Notes: generated by a model from the letters alone, not told the origin. Shown: positions 1-10,247, counted from the first letter of the stretch. The stretch: 53,448 nt of DNA from a virus (IMGVR_UViG_3300048591_001682:1-53448), one strand, 5' to 3'. Numbers and translations are program-made.

Positions 1-1988
1 GTCGTGACCTCGCGCAGGAGCCGCACGATCTCGTCCTCGGCGGCCTTCAGATCTCGATCGATTTCCGCCAGAGCGCGCGGCGGCGTGAAAACGTAGAAGT
101 GTCGGTTGAAGTTGATCTCGTACCCGACCTTATCCTTGGTCCGGTCCATCCACGCGTCTGGCACGTGCGGCCTCACCTCGCGTTCGAAGTACGCCTCCAC
201 GTCCTCCGTGAGCGGTACGTTCTCAAAGTCGCGCAGGTCGGCGTCGGCTTCGAAACCCGATCCACGACCACCCGCTGGCACGGCCTCGGCCTTCGCGTCG
301 CGCTGCGTGAACACCGAGCGAAAGAGCTTCTGCTCGGTCGCCTTCCAGCGGCTCCCACGCTTCTTCAGGAGCGCCTCGATCTCGTCCCACGTCGCCGGCC
401 AGTCCAGGCGCGGCTCGCGGCCGAGTGCCTTGTCGATGGCCTGCACGTCGTCGAGCAGGTGCGGGCAGGCGTCGAGGAAGCGCGCCTTGTCGTCCGTCGT
501 CATCTGGTAGCGCAGGCGAAGTGGGCGCTCGATGGTGACCCGCGTGTAGCCGAAGGCCGAGTTGTCGAAGATCTTGGAGCGGGGGCCCTCCTCGAACTTG
601 CCGTAGAGCCGCACGATCTCGTCGATCTGCGCGACAGTCATGTGCCGCCTCTTGTCGCCGAGACTGCGCTTGCTGTCCTCGCTACCACCCGCGGTCCACA
701 CCTCGCGCGCGTCGAGGAGCTGCACCTTACCTTTGCGCCGCCTCTCCTTACGGTTGGTGACGACCCAGACGTAGGTACCGATGCCGGTGTTGTAGAACAT
801 CGACTCGGGAAGCGCGACGATGGCTTCGAGCCAGTCGTTCTCGAGGAGCCACCTGCGAACCTCGCTCTCGCCCGAACCCGCGCCGCCCGTGAACATGGGC
901 GAGCCGGAGAAGACGATCGCGAGCCGCGAGCCCTCCTTGTGTTCCTTCGGCTTCACGTCCTCGCGCTTGCTCCACATGTGCTGCAGGAACAGCAGCGCGC
1001 CGTCGTTCACGCGCGGCAGCCCGGCACCGAAGCGGCCGTCAAAGCCGCGCTTGTCGCTCTCCCTCTGGATCTCCTTCTGCTGCTTCTTCCAGTCGACGCC
1101 GAAGGGCGGGTTGCTCAGGAAGTAGTCGAAGGTCTCGGACGGGAACTGGTCCTCGGTGAAGATGTCGCCGAAGCGGACGTTGTCGCCGCCGCCGTTGTGG
1201 CTCACCTCCTTCATGAGCATGTCGGAGGCCGCCGTGGCGAAGGCCCGCTTGTTGTAGTCCTGCCCGTAGGCGTAGAGCTTCGCCTCGGTGTTGTGCTCGC
1301 GCAGATAGCGTTGCGCCTCGGCCAGCATGCCGCCCGTGCCGCACGCCGGGTCGAGGAGCTTGCGCACCGTGCCTGCCGTGGCGAGCAGCTTGTCGTCGTG
1401 GATGAAGAGCAGGTTGACCATGAGGCGGATCACTTCGCGGGGCGTGAAGTGATCACCGGCCGTCTCGTTCGCGAGCTCGTTGAAGCGGCGGATGAGGTTC
1501 TCGAAGATGAGCCCCATCTGCTGGTTCGGCACGTTCGACGGGTGTAGATCGACGTCGGCGAACTTCGAGACCACGAGGTAGAGGATGTTCGCCTCGTGCA
1601 TCTTCTCGATCTCGGCTTCGAACTCGAAGTACTCGAAGATGCGCTGGACGTTCGTCGAGAAGCCCTTGATGTAGCTGACCAGGTGCTTGTTGATGTTGTC
1701 CGGGTCGCCCTTCAGCTTCTCGAAGTCGAGCGGCGAGTGGTTGTGGAAGCGCTGGTCCGCGACCTTGTTCAGCGTCGTGTCGAGTGCGTCGCCTGCGAGC
1801 TTGCCGCCCTTGTGCTTCTCGTGCGCGGCGATGACCTTGGCCTTCGTCTCGGCGAGGACGCAGTCGAAGCGACGAAGCACCGTCATCGGCAGCATCACGC
1901 GCTCGTACTGCGGCGGGCGGTACGGGCCGCGCAGGAGGTCGGCGATCTGCCAGATGAGGTTCGCGAAGGAGTTGTGATCAGTAGCCAT
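1..1988 (-). CDS. hsdM: Type I restriction-modification methyltransferase subunit (stop just beyond left edge)
   Basis: Manual minus-strand translation from ATG 1988: MATDHNSFANLIWQIADLLRGPYRPPQYERV; DPACGTGGM (~1325-1352) and NPPF (~1100-1112) motifs; absent from ORF track because no stop in window. Confidence 0.93.
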   Translation of the reverse strand, partial: MATDHNSFANLIWQIADLLRGPYRPPQYERVMLPMTVLRRFDCVLAETKAKVIAAHEKHKGGKLAGDALDTTLNKVADQRFHNHSPLDFEKLKGDPDNINKHLVSYIKGFSTNVQRIFEYFEFEAEIEKMHEANILYLVVSKFADVDLHPSNVPNQQMGLIFENLIRRFNELANETAGDHFTPREVIRLMVNLLFIHDDKLLATAGTVRKLLDPACGTGGMLAEAQRYLREHNTEAKLYAYGQDYNKRAFATAASDMLMKEVSHNGGGDNVRFGDIFTEDQFPSETFDYFLSNPPFGVDWKKQQKEIQRESDKRGFDGRFGAGLPRVNDGALLFLQHMWSKREDVKPKEHKEGSRLAIVFSGSPMFTGGAGSGESEVRRWLLENDWLEAIVALPESMFYNTGIGTYVWVVTNRKERRRKGKVQLLDAREVWTAGGSEDSKRSLGDKRRHMTVAQIDEIVRLYGKFEEGPRSKIFDNSAFGYTRVTIERPLRLRYQMTTDDKARFLDACPHLLDDVQAIDKALGREPRLDWPATWDEIEALLKKRGSRWKATEQKLFRSVFTQRDAKAEAVPAGGRGSGFEADADLRDFENVPLTEDVEAYFEREVRPHVPDAWMDRTKDKVGYEINFNRHFYVFTPPRALAEIDRDLKAAEDEIVRLLREVT

Positions 1989-2032
1989 GTTAGACGTCCG
2001 TAGAGGAGTCGCGCGCGCGAATCGATAGAGCC

Positions 2033-2236
2033 CTAGTCATCATCGCGGGCCTCTCCGGATCGCACCGCGACTTTCTGTTGCTCGATCCACGCGTCAATGT
2101 CGCCACGTTTGAAGCGCCACTGACCGCGCACCTTGAACGCAGGAAGCTCGCCCCTCTGGGCCATCGTGTACACGGTCTTCTCCGCGACTTTCAGCAGCTG
2201 GGCGATCTCGGGTAGTGTGAGAATCTCATCCGGCAT
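2033..2236 (-). CDS. Excisionase-family helix-turn-helix protein
   Basis: MPDEILTLPEIAQLLKVAEKTVY...GELPAFKVRGQWRF, typical HTH_17 pattern, upstream of hsdM. Confidence 0.88.
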   Translation of the reverse strand: MPDEILTLPEIAQLLKVAEKTVYTMAQRGELPAFKVRGQWRFKRGDIDAWIEQQKVAVRSGEARDDD

Positions 2237-2329
2237 TTGGGCGCGGCTCACCTGGGCAGCGGTTGGCAAGCATTGCCAGCCGCCGGCAAAGTACACTAGG
2301 CGTGCCGCATGCTCAAATCTCTTTGGAGA

Positions 2330-2764
2330 CTAGCGCCGGAAACGCGTTCGCTGCTCCACCCAAGCCCCCGCATGCGCCACCGCCCGCAGCGTCCGCTCCG
2401 CCATCGGCTCAGCCCCATCAACCGCTTCGAGCGCCAGCACGGCCTCCTGCACGTCCGGCGCCAACATCAACAGGTCCAACAGCTGCGTCACCCGCGCCCG
2501 CGTCAGCCCGAGCTTCCGCGCCACCGCGGCCCGGTCAGCCACGAGCCCGCCATCGATCGCCCCCTGAAGGTGATGCGCCAGGGCCAGCATCCGAGCCACC
2601 TTCGCCGGCCGACGCACGGGCTCAGGCTTCGCAAGCGGCGGCGTATCGGCGATCGCCACGCTCCGACTCTTGTGCCGAAACAACGGCCCCTCGATGGGTC
2701 GGAAGACGTCACCGCCGACCTCCTCGACCGCCCCCGCGCGATCGCCGCCCCCAAGCTCCGTCAC
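2330..2764 (-). CDS. Hypothetical protein coupled to the serine recombinase
   Basis: GTGA overlap with recombinase stop; AAVARKLGLTRARVTQLLDLLMLAPDVQE HTH-like segment seen downstream of large serine recombinases. Confidence 0.65.
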   Translation of the reverse strand: MTELGGGDRAGAVEEVGGDVFRPIEGPLFRHKSRSVAIADTPPLAKPEPVRRPAKVARMLALAHHLQGAIDGGLVADRAAVARKLGLTRARVTQLLDLLMLAPDVQEAVLALEAVDGAEPMAERTLRAVAHAGAWVEQRTRFRR

Positions 2765-4770
2765 GCCGCCTCCGTCGTGCTCACCGCGGCGTCGAAGTTC
2801 ACCAGTTCGACCCGGCACACCCCACTCTCCTCGTCGACACTGACCTTGGCGACCAGCGCCCGCAGCAGCCGACCCCGATTCACGGGCGTCATGCCGCCCC
2901 ACACCTTTCCGAAGTTGCGCAGCGCCCCCACGAACCAGTCGCGATGGTGCTCGGCGTCGGCGAGGCTCTCCACGTCGCGTTCGGCAGCACGTTGCCTCCG
3001 CTCGGCATCAGCAAGCTTGGCGGCCTCGATCCGCAGCTTGTCTTCGACGACCTGCCTGGCGCGGCCCTCGAACGCGCTGAGGTCCTCCATGAGCTTGTTG
3101 GTGGTAACCACCGCTTCCGCGATCTGCACGGCCAGCGCAGCGCGCACGTCGGCGAGACGCTTGCGGTCCTTGGCCAAGCGCGCGGTGAGCTTGTCCGCAA
3201 CGCGCTGCGCGAGCGTGCCGTCCGCGGTGGCCTCGGTGATGCGCTGAAACACGAAGTCCTCGATGGCCTTCGCGGGCAAAGGCCTGCCAGAGCACTGGCG
3301 CTTGCCGAACTTGTCCCGCGTCGAGCACCGGTAGAAACGGTAAGACTTGCCGCTCCTCTTGGTCGTCGACGCGGGCGTCATCGCCTCGCCGCACGAGCCG
3401 CAGCCCAACAAGCCCCGCAGCACGTACTCGGGATTCTGGCCGGTGACCCGCAGCTCGCGACCTCCCTCGCCGACCAACTCTTGCGCCTGCCGGTAAGTGA
3501 CGCCGTCGACGAGCGGCGGTTGCTCGCCGCGGAACAGCTCGTCGCCGTACATCATCTGGCCTGCGTAGAGGGGGCTGCGCAGCACGCGCGCGATGCCGTC
3601 CTTGGTCCACAGCGCCCCTCGCTTGTGCGTGCGCTTGGTCGTGCGAGGCAAGAGGCCGCGCTGGTTCAGCTCGCGCGCGACGACGGCCATCTGACGGTGG
3701 GCGAGCAGCAACGCGAAGGCCTCGCGCACGACGTGGGCCTCGGCCTCGTTCACGACGAGCTTCTTGTCCTTGGCCGAATAGCCGAAGGGCACGGGACCTC
3801 CCGTCCACTTCCCCTTGCGGCGCGCATTGGCGATCTTGTCGCGCGTGCGCTCGCTGACCATCTCGCGCTCAAACTCGGCGAACGACATCAACATGGTCAT
3901 CGTCAGCCGGCCCATCGCGTCGGCCGTCGAGAAGTTCTGCGTGATGGAGACGAACGACGCGCCCACTGCGTTGAGCCGCTCGATCACCTTCATGAAGTCG
4001 AGCAGCGAGCGCGAGAGGCGGTCGACCTTGTAGACGACGATGACGTCCACCTTGCCGGCCTCGACATCCGCCATCAGGCGCTTGAACGCGGGGCGGTCGA
4101 TGTTGGCGCCCGTGAAGCCGCCGTCATCGTAGCGGTCATCTACGAGCGTCCAGCCCGGGGTGCGCTCGATGTACGCGAGGCACGACTCGTACTGGGAGTC
4201 GAGCGAGTCTACAAGACCAACCACCAGCTCTTCACCCGCGATGGTGAGGAGGGACTTCAAGCGCTGCATCGCTCGCGACCGCTGCCGCTTGAGGCGTTGG
4301 TAGAGACGCTCGCGGGCCACGTCGTCGTCAGGCTCGAGACGCTCGACGTATGCGCGCAAAAGTTCTCGGCGCAGCACCGTCGCCTCGACCACATCGAGTC
4401 CGCTCGTGGAGAGACCTTCCTGGATGGCGCGGTAGAGGTGCGGTGCGATTGGGACGACGCCTTGGACGAGCAGCGCCTGACTGATCGCTCGCACCTTCGC
4501 GATGTTGCCGGCAGGGTCGAACGCGAATGGATGGCAGACGTAGACGCGCCGTCGCCGAGCTACCTCGCGCCGACGACGACGCACCAGCTCCGCGGCGATG
4601 TAGTGCAGACCGTCGAGCACCTCGGCATACGCCTCGCTTGGGTAGTCGCGACCGTCATCGATGCGCCACGGGCCATACTCCCGTCTCCCTTTTTCGAGAC
4701 GACCGAGCAGCGCATCACAGATCTGGCGCTCGTCTTCCGCTAGTCCGTTGATGCGACCACCAGCGCGCAT
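2761..4770 (-). pseudogene. Large serine recombinase lacking its catalytic N-terminus, fused in frame to unrelated fragments
   Basis: YDDGGFTG, DRPAF, VYKVDRLSRS, FAEFERE, recombinase and Zn-ribbon (CGSCG, YRC) domains present; no YxRxS motif before DSLDSQ. Confidence 0.75.
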
Positions 4771-4938
4771 GCGCTCCAGCAGCCGCCGCGCGACTTCGAG
4801 GCCCTCGCAAGCTGCCGGCCGACGTCGACCACGGCATGCCTACCTGGTAGGCCACGGTGGGGGGGCGGGTCAGATTTTCGCGTCCTGCCTCGCTCGCGGT
4901 GGAGTGCCTGGTCCCGTTTTCGAGTGGGTCAGTTTCGG

Positions 4939-4990
4939 GAAACCGAGCAGCCCCGCGATTCGAAACCGAGCGCCGAACAAGAAACCGAGC
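4939..4990 (+). repeat. Three direct repeats of GAAACCGAGC
   Basis: Exact copies at 4939-4948, 4962-4971, 4981-4990 in intergenic DNA. Confidence 0.8.
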
Positions 4991-5043
4991 AAGCAGGCGC
5001 GTTCGGTTCTGTTCGGCAAGTAGGTCGCGGACGCGATGCACGC

Positions 5044-5661
5044 TCAGCAGATGAGCGCCTGGACGGCGCGGAGCAGCTCGTCGTCGGTGGGGTGCGTGTA
5101 GATGCTGGTCGTCACGACAGACTTGTGGCGCGCAAACTTCTGGGTGAGCCGCAGGTCCTTCGACGCGCGGTACACGGCGCTGCACCCCGTGTGACGGGTC
5201 GAGTGGAAGTTCAAGTGGCGCTCGAACCCGGCTCGCTCCTGCCAGACCCCGAAGGCGTGCCGCAGCTGGCGCGCCGACAGCCTGCGCCCGAGCCGGCTCA
5301 CGAAGACCGGCGTCTCGGGCGTGATGGTCTCGCCGGCGCGCTTGCGCCTTGCGAGCAGCCGCTCGAGCTTGGCGCGCACAGCGTCGGGCAGCAGCACTTC
5401 CTGGAGCGCCGGATCCTTCGCGGAGCGCTTGAACACTCGGAGCACGACGCGGCGCTTGGCGCGGCCCGCGTTGTCGAACACGTCGCCCACGTCGAGCGCG
5501 AGGAGCTCGTGCTCGCGCAGCCCGGTTCCCATTGCGAGGCTAAAGATGCAGTGGTCTCGGAAGCCAGCGACATGCTGCCCCGTGACCTTCAACAGCTGCC
5601 GCTGCTCCTGCTCAGTCAGTGTCTTTACGGGACGCACGATGGTGTCGGCGTAGGCGGTCAT
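5044..5661 (-). CDS. Tyrosine recombinase (catalytic domain only)
   Basis: GTGLREHEL (R), FHSTRHT (HxxR), [12 protein letters not shown] (H/Y); ~205 aa. Confidence 0.9.
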   Translation of the reverse strand: MTAYADTIVRPVKTLTEQEQRQLLKVTGQHVAGFRDHCIFSLAMGTGLREHELLALDVGDVFDNAGRAKRRVVLRVFKRSAKDPALQEVLLPDAVRAKLERLLARRKRAGETITPETPVFVSRLGRRLSARQLRHAFGVWQERAGFERHLNFHSTRHTGCSAVYRASKDLRLTQKFARHKSVVTTSIYTHPTDDELLRAVQALIC

Positions 5662-5738
5662 GGCGGCTCCCCTCCACACCCATACACGCTTCCGCTTGCG
5701 AAGAAGGCAAGGTCATTCGCGACGTCCCCGAGGGCCGC

Positions 5739-7172
5739 GTGACGCTCGGGATCGTCAAGCGCACCGAGGCGGAGTTCCAGCAGTGGCTGATGACGGAGCC
5801 AGGCTTCGTCACGGCGCTGATGGCGTACGACGACGAGCCCGTCGTCCTCGAGGCGTACCAGCGTGAGTTCCTCACCAACCGCTCGCGGTTCCGGTGGGTC
5901 AACAAGAGTCGTCAGGTCGGCTTCTCGTTCCTCTTCGCGCTCGAGGCGCTCGCCCGCTGCCACCTGCGCTCGAAGCACACGGCTGTCTTCGTCAGCTACA
6001 ACATGGATGACGCGAAGGAGAAGGTGCTCACCGCACGCCAGCTCCACGAGGAGCTTCCGCTCGTGTACCAGAAGCGGCTCGTCGTCGACTCGAAGACGGA
6101 GCTCGCGTTCGAGTCGAACGGCGCGACGAAGCGGCTCTCGCGCATCCTCTCGCACCCGTCGAAGGCACCGCGCGGCAAGAAGGGCGACGTCTACCTCGAC
6201 GAGCTCGCACACTACGTGAACGACCGCGAGGTGTACCGAGGCTCGACGGCGCTCATCCTCCGCAGCAACGGGCAACTCACCGGCTGCAGCACGCCGCTCG
6301 GGCGGCGCGGCATCTTCTGGGAGATCGCCAACGAAGAGCTGCGCAAGTATCCGCACCACACGCGGCAGCACGTGCCGTGGTGGCTGTGCCGCTTCTTCAC
6401 CGCCGACGTGAAGGCCGCCTCCGAGGTCGCCCTCGACATGCCGACGGAGGAGCGTGTCGAACGCTTCGGTCGACCGACGCTCATCGAGCAGTTCGACTCG
6501 CTGCCCATCGAGGACTTCCAGCAGGAGTTCGAAGGCAAGTTCGTCGACGAGACGTACAGCTTCTTTCCCTACGAACTGATCCTCCCATGCACCAACGACG
6601 ACCTGGTGCTCTACGACGAGCCCACCAGCGTGCGCACGCCCGAGGGCCGCATCGTCGCAGGTTTCGACGTCGGCCGAACGCGCGACCGCTCGGAGCTGGC
6701 GGTGTTCGAGGAGATCGAGGGTCGCTTCACGGCGCGCATGCTGCGTAGCTTCGAGGGGACACCGTTCGCCGAGCAGGAGGCCGAGCTGCGGAGGCTGCTG
6801 GGCACGCTGCCGGTCGCGCGGCTCTCGATCGACCGGAGCGGCATCGGCATGAACCTCGCCGAGAACCTGTCGCGCGACTTCCCGCAGGTCATCGGCGAGA
6901 ACTTCACCAACGAGTCGAAGGAGCGCTGGGCGACAGACTTCAAGATCGTTCTCCAGCGTCGCGATGTGACGCTGCCACGTGACCGCGAGCTGGTTGGACA
7001 GATCCACGCCATCAAGCGGCGCGTGCTCCCCTCAGGCAAGGTCAGCTTCGACGCCGAGCGCAACTCGCGCGGGCATGCGGACAAGTTCTGGGCGGTGGCG
7101 CTGGCGTGTCAGAAGGAGCGCACGGTGAGCGGCCCGCGCACCGGCGAGATCGGCGTGCGTGTGCTGGGGTGA
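5739..7172 (+). CDS. terL: Terminase large subunit
   Basis: Walker A KSRQVGFS, Walker B VYLDE, nuclease GFDVGR and HADKFWA; GTG start at 5739 inferred. Confidence 0.92.
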   Translation: MTLGIVKRTEAEFQQWLMTEPGFVTALMAYDDEPVVLEAYQREFLTNRSRFRWVNKSRQVGFSFLFALEALARCHLRSKHTAVFVSYNMDDAKEKVLTARQLHEELPLVYQKRLVVDSKTELAFESNGATKRLSRILSHPSKAPRGKKGDVYLDELAHYVNDREVYRGSTALILRSNGQLTGCSTPLGRRGIFWEIANEELRKYPHHTRQHVPWWLCRFFTADVKAASEVALDMPTEERVERFGRPTLIEQFDSLPIEDFQQEFEGKFVDETYSFFPYELILPCTNDDLVLYDEPTSVRTPEGRIVAGFDVGRTRDRSELAVFEEIEGRFTARMLRSFEGTPFAEQEAELRRLLGTLPVARLSIDRSGIGMNLAENLSRDFPQVIGENFTNESKERWATDFKIVLQRRDVTLPRDRELVGQIHAIKRRVLPSGKVSFDAERNSRGHADKFWAVALACQKERTVSGPRTGEIGVRVLG

Positions 7173-7267
7173 CCGTCGACTCTTGCAGAGAGCGACCGAA
7201 ATCGCGCTCATTGCAGCCCACGCCCATGACGCGACTCGCGCGCTTCAGCAGCGCTTGCCACGCGAAC

Positions 7268-7696
7268 CTACTTTCCACACAGCGCGAGCCCCTCCGCAAT
7301 CAACCGCCCCAACGACACCCGCATGTCCTCGCCGGAAAGCTCAGACAGTCGCTCGTCGCGTGCCCAGATCGGCTCGATACTCGGATAACGGCTGGCTGCC
7401 GTGCCATTCAGCGCGAAAGCCCGGCCATCCGAGGTGCGAAGGATGACGGAGTTGGGCCGTACGCAGAGCAACTCGCCTGCATCGACAGTCAATAGCCATT
7501 CATCGCCGTACTGAGCGCGGTGCACGTGTGAGCGGCTCTCGGAGTGGGATGCCAGGGGAGAAGTGCTTGAAGTCAAACGGGGCTTGGTGGGCGCACCTAT
7601 CAGACCGACGGCGAGATAGATCGCGCCACCGAGGATCGCCCACCTACCCATGCGAGCACTCCAGGAAGCTCCCGCCCACGTTCCTGTCGTGTTCAT
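7268..7696 (-). CDS. Membrane-anchored DUF2511/YebY-like protein
   Basis: Hydrophobic N-terminal segment then YGDEWLLTVDAGELLC...FALNGTA...IEPIW; start uncertain. Confidence 0.55.
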   Translation of the reverse strand: MNTTGTWAGASWSARMGRWAILGGAIYLAVGLIGAPTKPRLTSSTSPLASHSESRSHVHRAQYGDEWLLTVDAGELLCVRPNSVILRTSDGRAFALNGTAASRYPSIEPIWARDERLSELSGEDMRVSLGRLIAEGLALCGK

Positions 7697-8333
7697 CGTC
7701 TGTCCTTTCACCGCCGCTCGCGTGAGCACGTTGGTGACGGCAGCACTGTGACGCTTCCCGGTGCGGCGAACGCAAGCGTAAGGTTGAGCGAACCTTGGCA
7801 ATCTTCAGCAACCCTGTGCCGGCCGTGCTCCGGGTCTGCAGAGGCTCGCCTACTCCGGTCGGGTGGTGCTGGCGCGCTTCGCGCGTGCGCCGCCAACGGT
7901 GATGGGCGCAATGCCTATCCGCAGCGAGAACCCGATGTCGAACGACCCGCCCACCCCCTCCCAACGCCCACTGGGTCCGGAGCTCTTGGTGCACCGCGAA
8001 TGGCTGGCAGAGTTTCGTTAGAAACGACTCAGCCCCGGTCTTCACCCCAAGTCGATCAAGTTTATTTGTTTGATTCTCTTGACCCCGAACCTGGAGCAAT
8101 GTACAAAGTTCAAAGCTGGAGGACTTGGCGTCCTTCGCGATCGAGAACGAGTCATGTTGCGGCACAGCGAACATAAGAAAGCGCAGAGGCAAGCGTTGCT
8201 CGGGTGGTGCCCGAGCAATGACGCAAGCCCCGTGCTCTCCGTGCGTGCCCTGCCAGCGGCCACCACTGGCAATTTCGCGCGCCAGGAGGGCCTTCCCTAG
8301 GGCGGTTCGATCGTTCATCGAGTGACGAGTTCG

Positions 8334-8369
8334 ACCGCCCCTGGCCACGCCACGGGCGGTTTTTCTTTT
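8334..8369 (+). terminator. Rho-independent terminator
   Basis: ACCGCCC...GGGCGGT stem followed by TTTTCTTTT. Confidence 0.6.
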
Positions 8370-8498
8370 GTCTTTTCAGGCATTTTGGGGCTCCCAAGGG
8401 AGGCCCGAGTTCAAACGACAGCGAGCAGGATGTGCGGTTACGCAAGGGAGGAGTGATGGGACACCGAATGAAACCGGAGCCGACCATTCCTCACCAGC

Positions 8499-8574
8499 GG
8501 GGTCGTAGCTCAACAGGCAGAGCATCCGGCTTTTAACCGGGCGGTTGTGGGTTCGAGTCCCATAGGCCCCACCA
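8499..8574 (+). tRNA. tRNA-Lys(TTT)
   Basis: Cloverleaf, loop CT TTT AA, GGTTCGAGTCC, CCA. Confidence 0.9.
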
Positions 8575-8575
8575 C

Positions 8576-8648
8576 GGATCCGTAGCTCAACAGGCAGAGC
8601 ACCCGGCTCTTAACCGAGGTGTTGGGGGTTCAATTCCCTCCGGGTCCA
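8576..8648 (+). tRNA. tRNA-Lys(CTT)
   Basis: Cloverleaf, loop CT CTT AA. Confidence 0.88.
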
Positions 8649-8734
8649 CCGCGCTTTCATTTCATGAAAGCGAACAATATTGGTGCGTATTCAAACGTAC
8701 TAACGAGCGAAATCAAAACGCATTGTTTTGATAT

Positions 8735-8808
8735 TCGGGAGTCGTCCAGCGGCAGGACGCCTGGCTCTGACCCAGGTAACGGGGGTTCGAATCCCTCCTC
8801 CCGAACCA
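8735..8808 (+). tRNA. tRNA-Gln(CTG)
   Basis: Cloverleaf, loop CT CTG AC, CCA. Confidence 0.92.
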
Positions 8809-8817
8809 ACGTCGCTT

Positions 8818-8844
8818 GCAGCGATCTTTGACAATCGAGAGAGA
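8818..8844 (+). promoter_or_regulatory. boxA-like sequence; left arm of long-range inverted repeat
   Basis: GATCTTTGACAA resembles rrn boxA; 25/27 complementary to 12818-12844. Confidence 0.55.
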
Positions 8845-8897
8845 CTTTTCGTGCGGCGCGCTGGGTGTAGCGAGCCACGGCGCGCCGCACATCCTTT

Positions 8898-8972
8898 TGC
8901 ACGGTAGCTCAATGGTAGAGCGGCGACCTGTTAAGTCGACAAATGGAGGTTCGAGTCCTCCCTGTGCAGCCA
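8898..8972 (+). tRNA. tRNA-Asn(GTT)
   Basis: Cloverleaf, loop CT GTT AA, GCCA. Confidence 0.9.
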
Positions 8973-8973
8973 A

Positions 8974-9032
8974 GGCGAATGCTGAAGGGACTACATCGAC
9001 CGCTAATCGACGTCTCTTCGTTCCTCGTCGCC
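8974..9032 (+). ncRNA. Short Y-RNA-like gene (Rsr-binding stem only)
   Basis: GGCGAATG motif; shares GGGACTACATC and GTCTC..CTCGTCGCC with the two YrlA-like RNAs. Confidence 0.65.
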
Positions 9033-9038
9033 GTTGAT

Positions 9039-9107
9039 AGGTCGGGCGCTGGGACGCAGGCGGGCCTCCAAAACCTGCCGCGCGAGGTTCGATTCCTCGA
9101 CGACCTG
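9039..9107 (+). tRNA. tRNA-Trp(CCA), degenerate D arm
   Basis: AGGTCG/CGACCT acceptor, loop CT CCA AA, CGAGG TTCGATT CCTCG T arm. Confidence 0.65.
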
Positions 9108-9195
9108 CTGAAACATATGTTCTGTGATCGCGATGCGCATGCACGTCTGAAGACGCACGCGCGCATCGCGAACGCAGACAACATGAGAACTCGCT

Positions 9196-9362
9196 GGGGC
9201 CGCGGTCCAGTTCGGAGTGGACGCCTGCTTGTCACGTAGGAGAGCGCGGGTTGACTAGGGTCCTACGGACCCGTCCTTCACCTGGAATCGTGCAGCTACG
9301 TGGACTGCGTCCACTTCGCCTCGCACGATTCCACGCGAAACCAAGTCCCGTCGGCCCCGCCA
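9196..9362 (+). tRNA. tRNA-Asp(GTC) interrupted in T loop
   Basis: Normal cloverleaf with TTCAAGT loop and GCCA restored on removing 9253-9341. Confidence 0.85.
9253..9341 (+). mobile_element. ~90 bp tRNA-interrupting element, copy A1
   Basis: GACTAGGGTCC..GGACCC...GCGAAAC at GGTT^CAA, no target duplication. Confidence 0.8.
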
Positions 9363-9364
9363 AT

Positions 9365-9439
9365 GTCACGATAGCTCAGTGGGTAGAGCGCTCGCTTGAA
9401 GCCCGAGAGGCACTGGTTCAACTCCGGTTCGTGGCACCA
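9365..9439 (+). tRNA. tRNA-Phe(GAA)
   Basis: Cloverleaf, loop TT GAA GC, CCA. Confidence 0.85.
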
Positions 9440-9479
9440 CGCTCCTTCGCAGCGTCATCGACGATGCAGGAGGGGCACT

Positions 9480-9551
9480 CAGGGTCATCGTCCAAGGAGG
9501 GCGCCCCGGTCTGGAGCCGGGTGGCGGTGGGTTCGATTCCCACGGCCCTGA
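9480..9551 (+). tRNA. tRNA-Pro(TGG), atypical
   Basis: CAGGGTC/GGCCCTG acceptor, loop TC TGG AG, canonical T arm. Confidence 0.65.
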
Positions 9552-9563
9552 CGAACGATTTTT

Positions 9564-9695
9564 TGGGCGAATGCAGTAGGGACTACATCGGCATTTAACC
9601 GCGTGGTCGCGGGTTCAACTCCCGCCGTTCATCCGCAAGGGTGCGCGTAGCTCAGTGGTAGAGCGCGTACGTGTCTCTGCGTTCCTCGTCGCCCA
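9564..9695 (+). ncRNA. YrlA-like Y RNA with circularly permuted tRNA domain
   Basis: GGCGAATG 5' motif; T arm GCGGG TTCAACT CCCGC precedes a GCAA-closed acceptor stem and D arm GCTCAGTGGTAGAGC; terminal stem then T run. Confidence 0.85.
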
Positions 9696-9703
9696 TTTTT
9701 TCT

Positions 9704-9778
9704 GGTGGCCGATCCCGAAGTGGTCGAGGGCCCCGGCTGTGACCCGGGGGTAAGGCGGTTCAAGTCCGCTCGGTCACC
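9704..9778 (+). tRNA. tRNA-His(GTG)
   Basis: G-1:C73, loop CT GTG AC. Confidence 0.85.
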
Positions 9779-9785
9779 CTGCTTT

Positions 9786-9860
9786 CCGCCTGTCGTCCAA
9801 TGGTCAGGACTCCCGTCTGATATGCGGGCAACGATGGTTCGATTCCATCCAGGCGGACCA
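9786..9860 (+). tRNA. tRNA-Ile(GAT)
   Basis: Cloverleaf, loop CT GAT AT, CCA. Confidence 0.85.
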
Positions 9861-9995
9861 CTCGCTCGGCGCGGAGATAGCGCGTGTTCGCGATATCTCT
9901 GCGGCCGTTTCGCCGGGCGGCGTGCGCTCGCGTGCACGCTGGAGCTCCGAGCTCGACGCCCGCGCACTCGCGTGCGTGCGGTTGGCAACCACCAT

Positions 9996-10162
9996 GGTCC
10001 GGTAGCTCAGTCAGGTAGAGCGTCTGTATGACATGCAGAAGGCCGCGGGTTGACTAGGGTCCTCCGGACCCGTCCTTCGCCCGGAATCGTGCAGCTGCGT
10101 GGACTCACGTCCACTTCGCTCCGCACGCTTCCACGCGAAACCGACGCCCGCCTGGACCACCA
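9996..10162 (+). tRNA. tRNA-Val(GAC) interrupted in T loop
   Basis: Cloverleaf restored on removing 10052-10141. Confidence 0.85.
10052..10141 (+). mobile_element. ~90 bp tRNA-interrupting element, copy A2
   Basis: Near-identical to A1, at GGTT^CGA. Confidence 0.8.
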
Positions 10163-10166
10163 TCAC

Positions 10167-10239
10167 GGGGCTGTAGCTCAGCAGGGAGAGCGCTGTCGTG
10201 GCACGGCAGAGGCGGCGGGTTCGAGACCCGCCAGCTCCA
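10167..10239 (+). tRNA. tRNA-Ala(GGC)
   Basis: G3:U70, loop GT GGC AC. Confidence 0.88.
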
Positions 10240-10247
10240 CAAACAAC

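Noticed and set aside
99-4743. Long + strand ORFs 99-1547 and 2263-4743, and similar antisense ORFs such as 19517-21733 and 22733-24679
   Set aside because: Shadow frames of real opposite-strand genes in high-GC DNA; no recognisable motifs
7700-8330. ORFs 7644-8348 (-), 7748-8176 (+) and a 28-codon ORF at 7935
   Set aside because: No family motifs or convincing RBS; region left unannotated
8449-8496. GAGGAGT...ATTCCTC ACCA acceptor-like stem before the first tRNA
   Set aside because: No D, anticodon or T arm; too little support
8652-8733. AT-rich spacer with two small inverted repeats as promoter/operator of the array
   Set aside because: No clear -35/-10 pair; cannot be distinguished from RNA hairpins by sequence alone
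9251-9258. TTGACTAG at the insertion junction resembles the metazoan Y RNA 3' motif
   Set aside because: TT comes from the target site and no matching 5' strand is present; treated as coincidence
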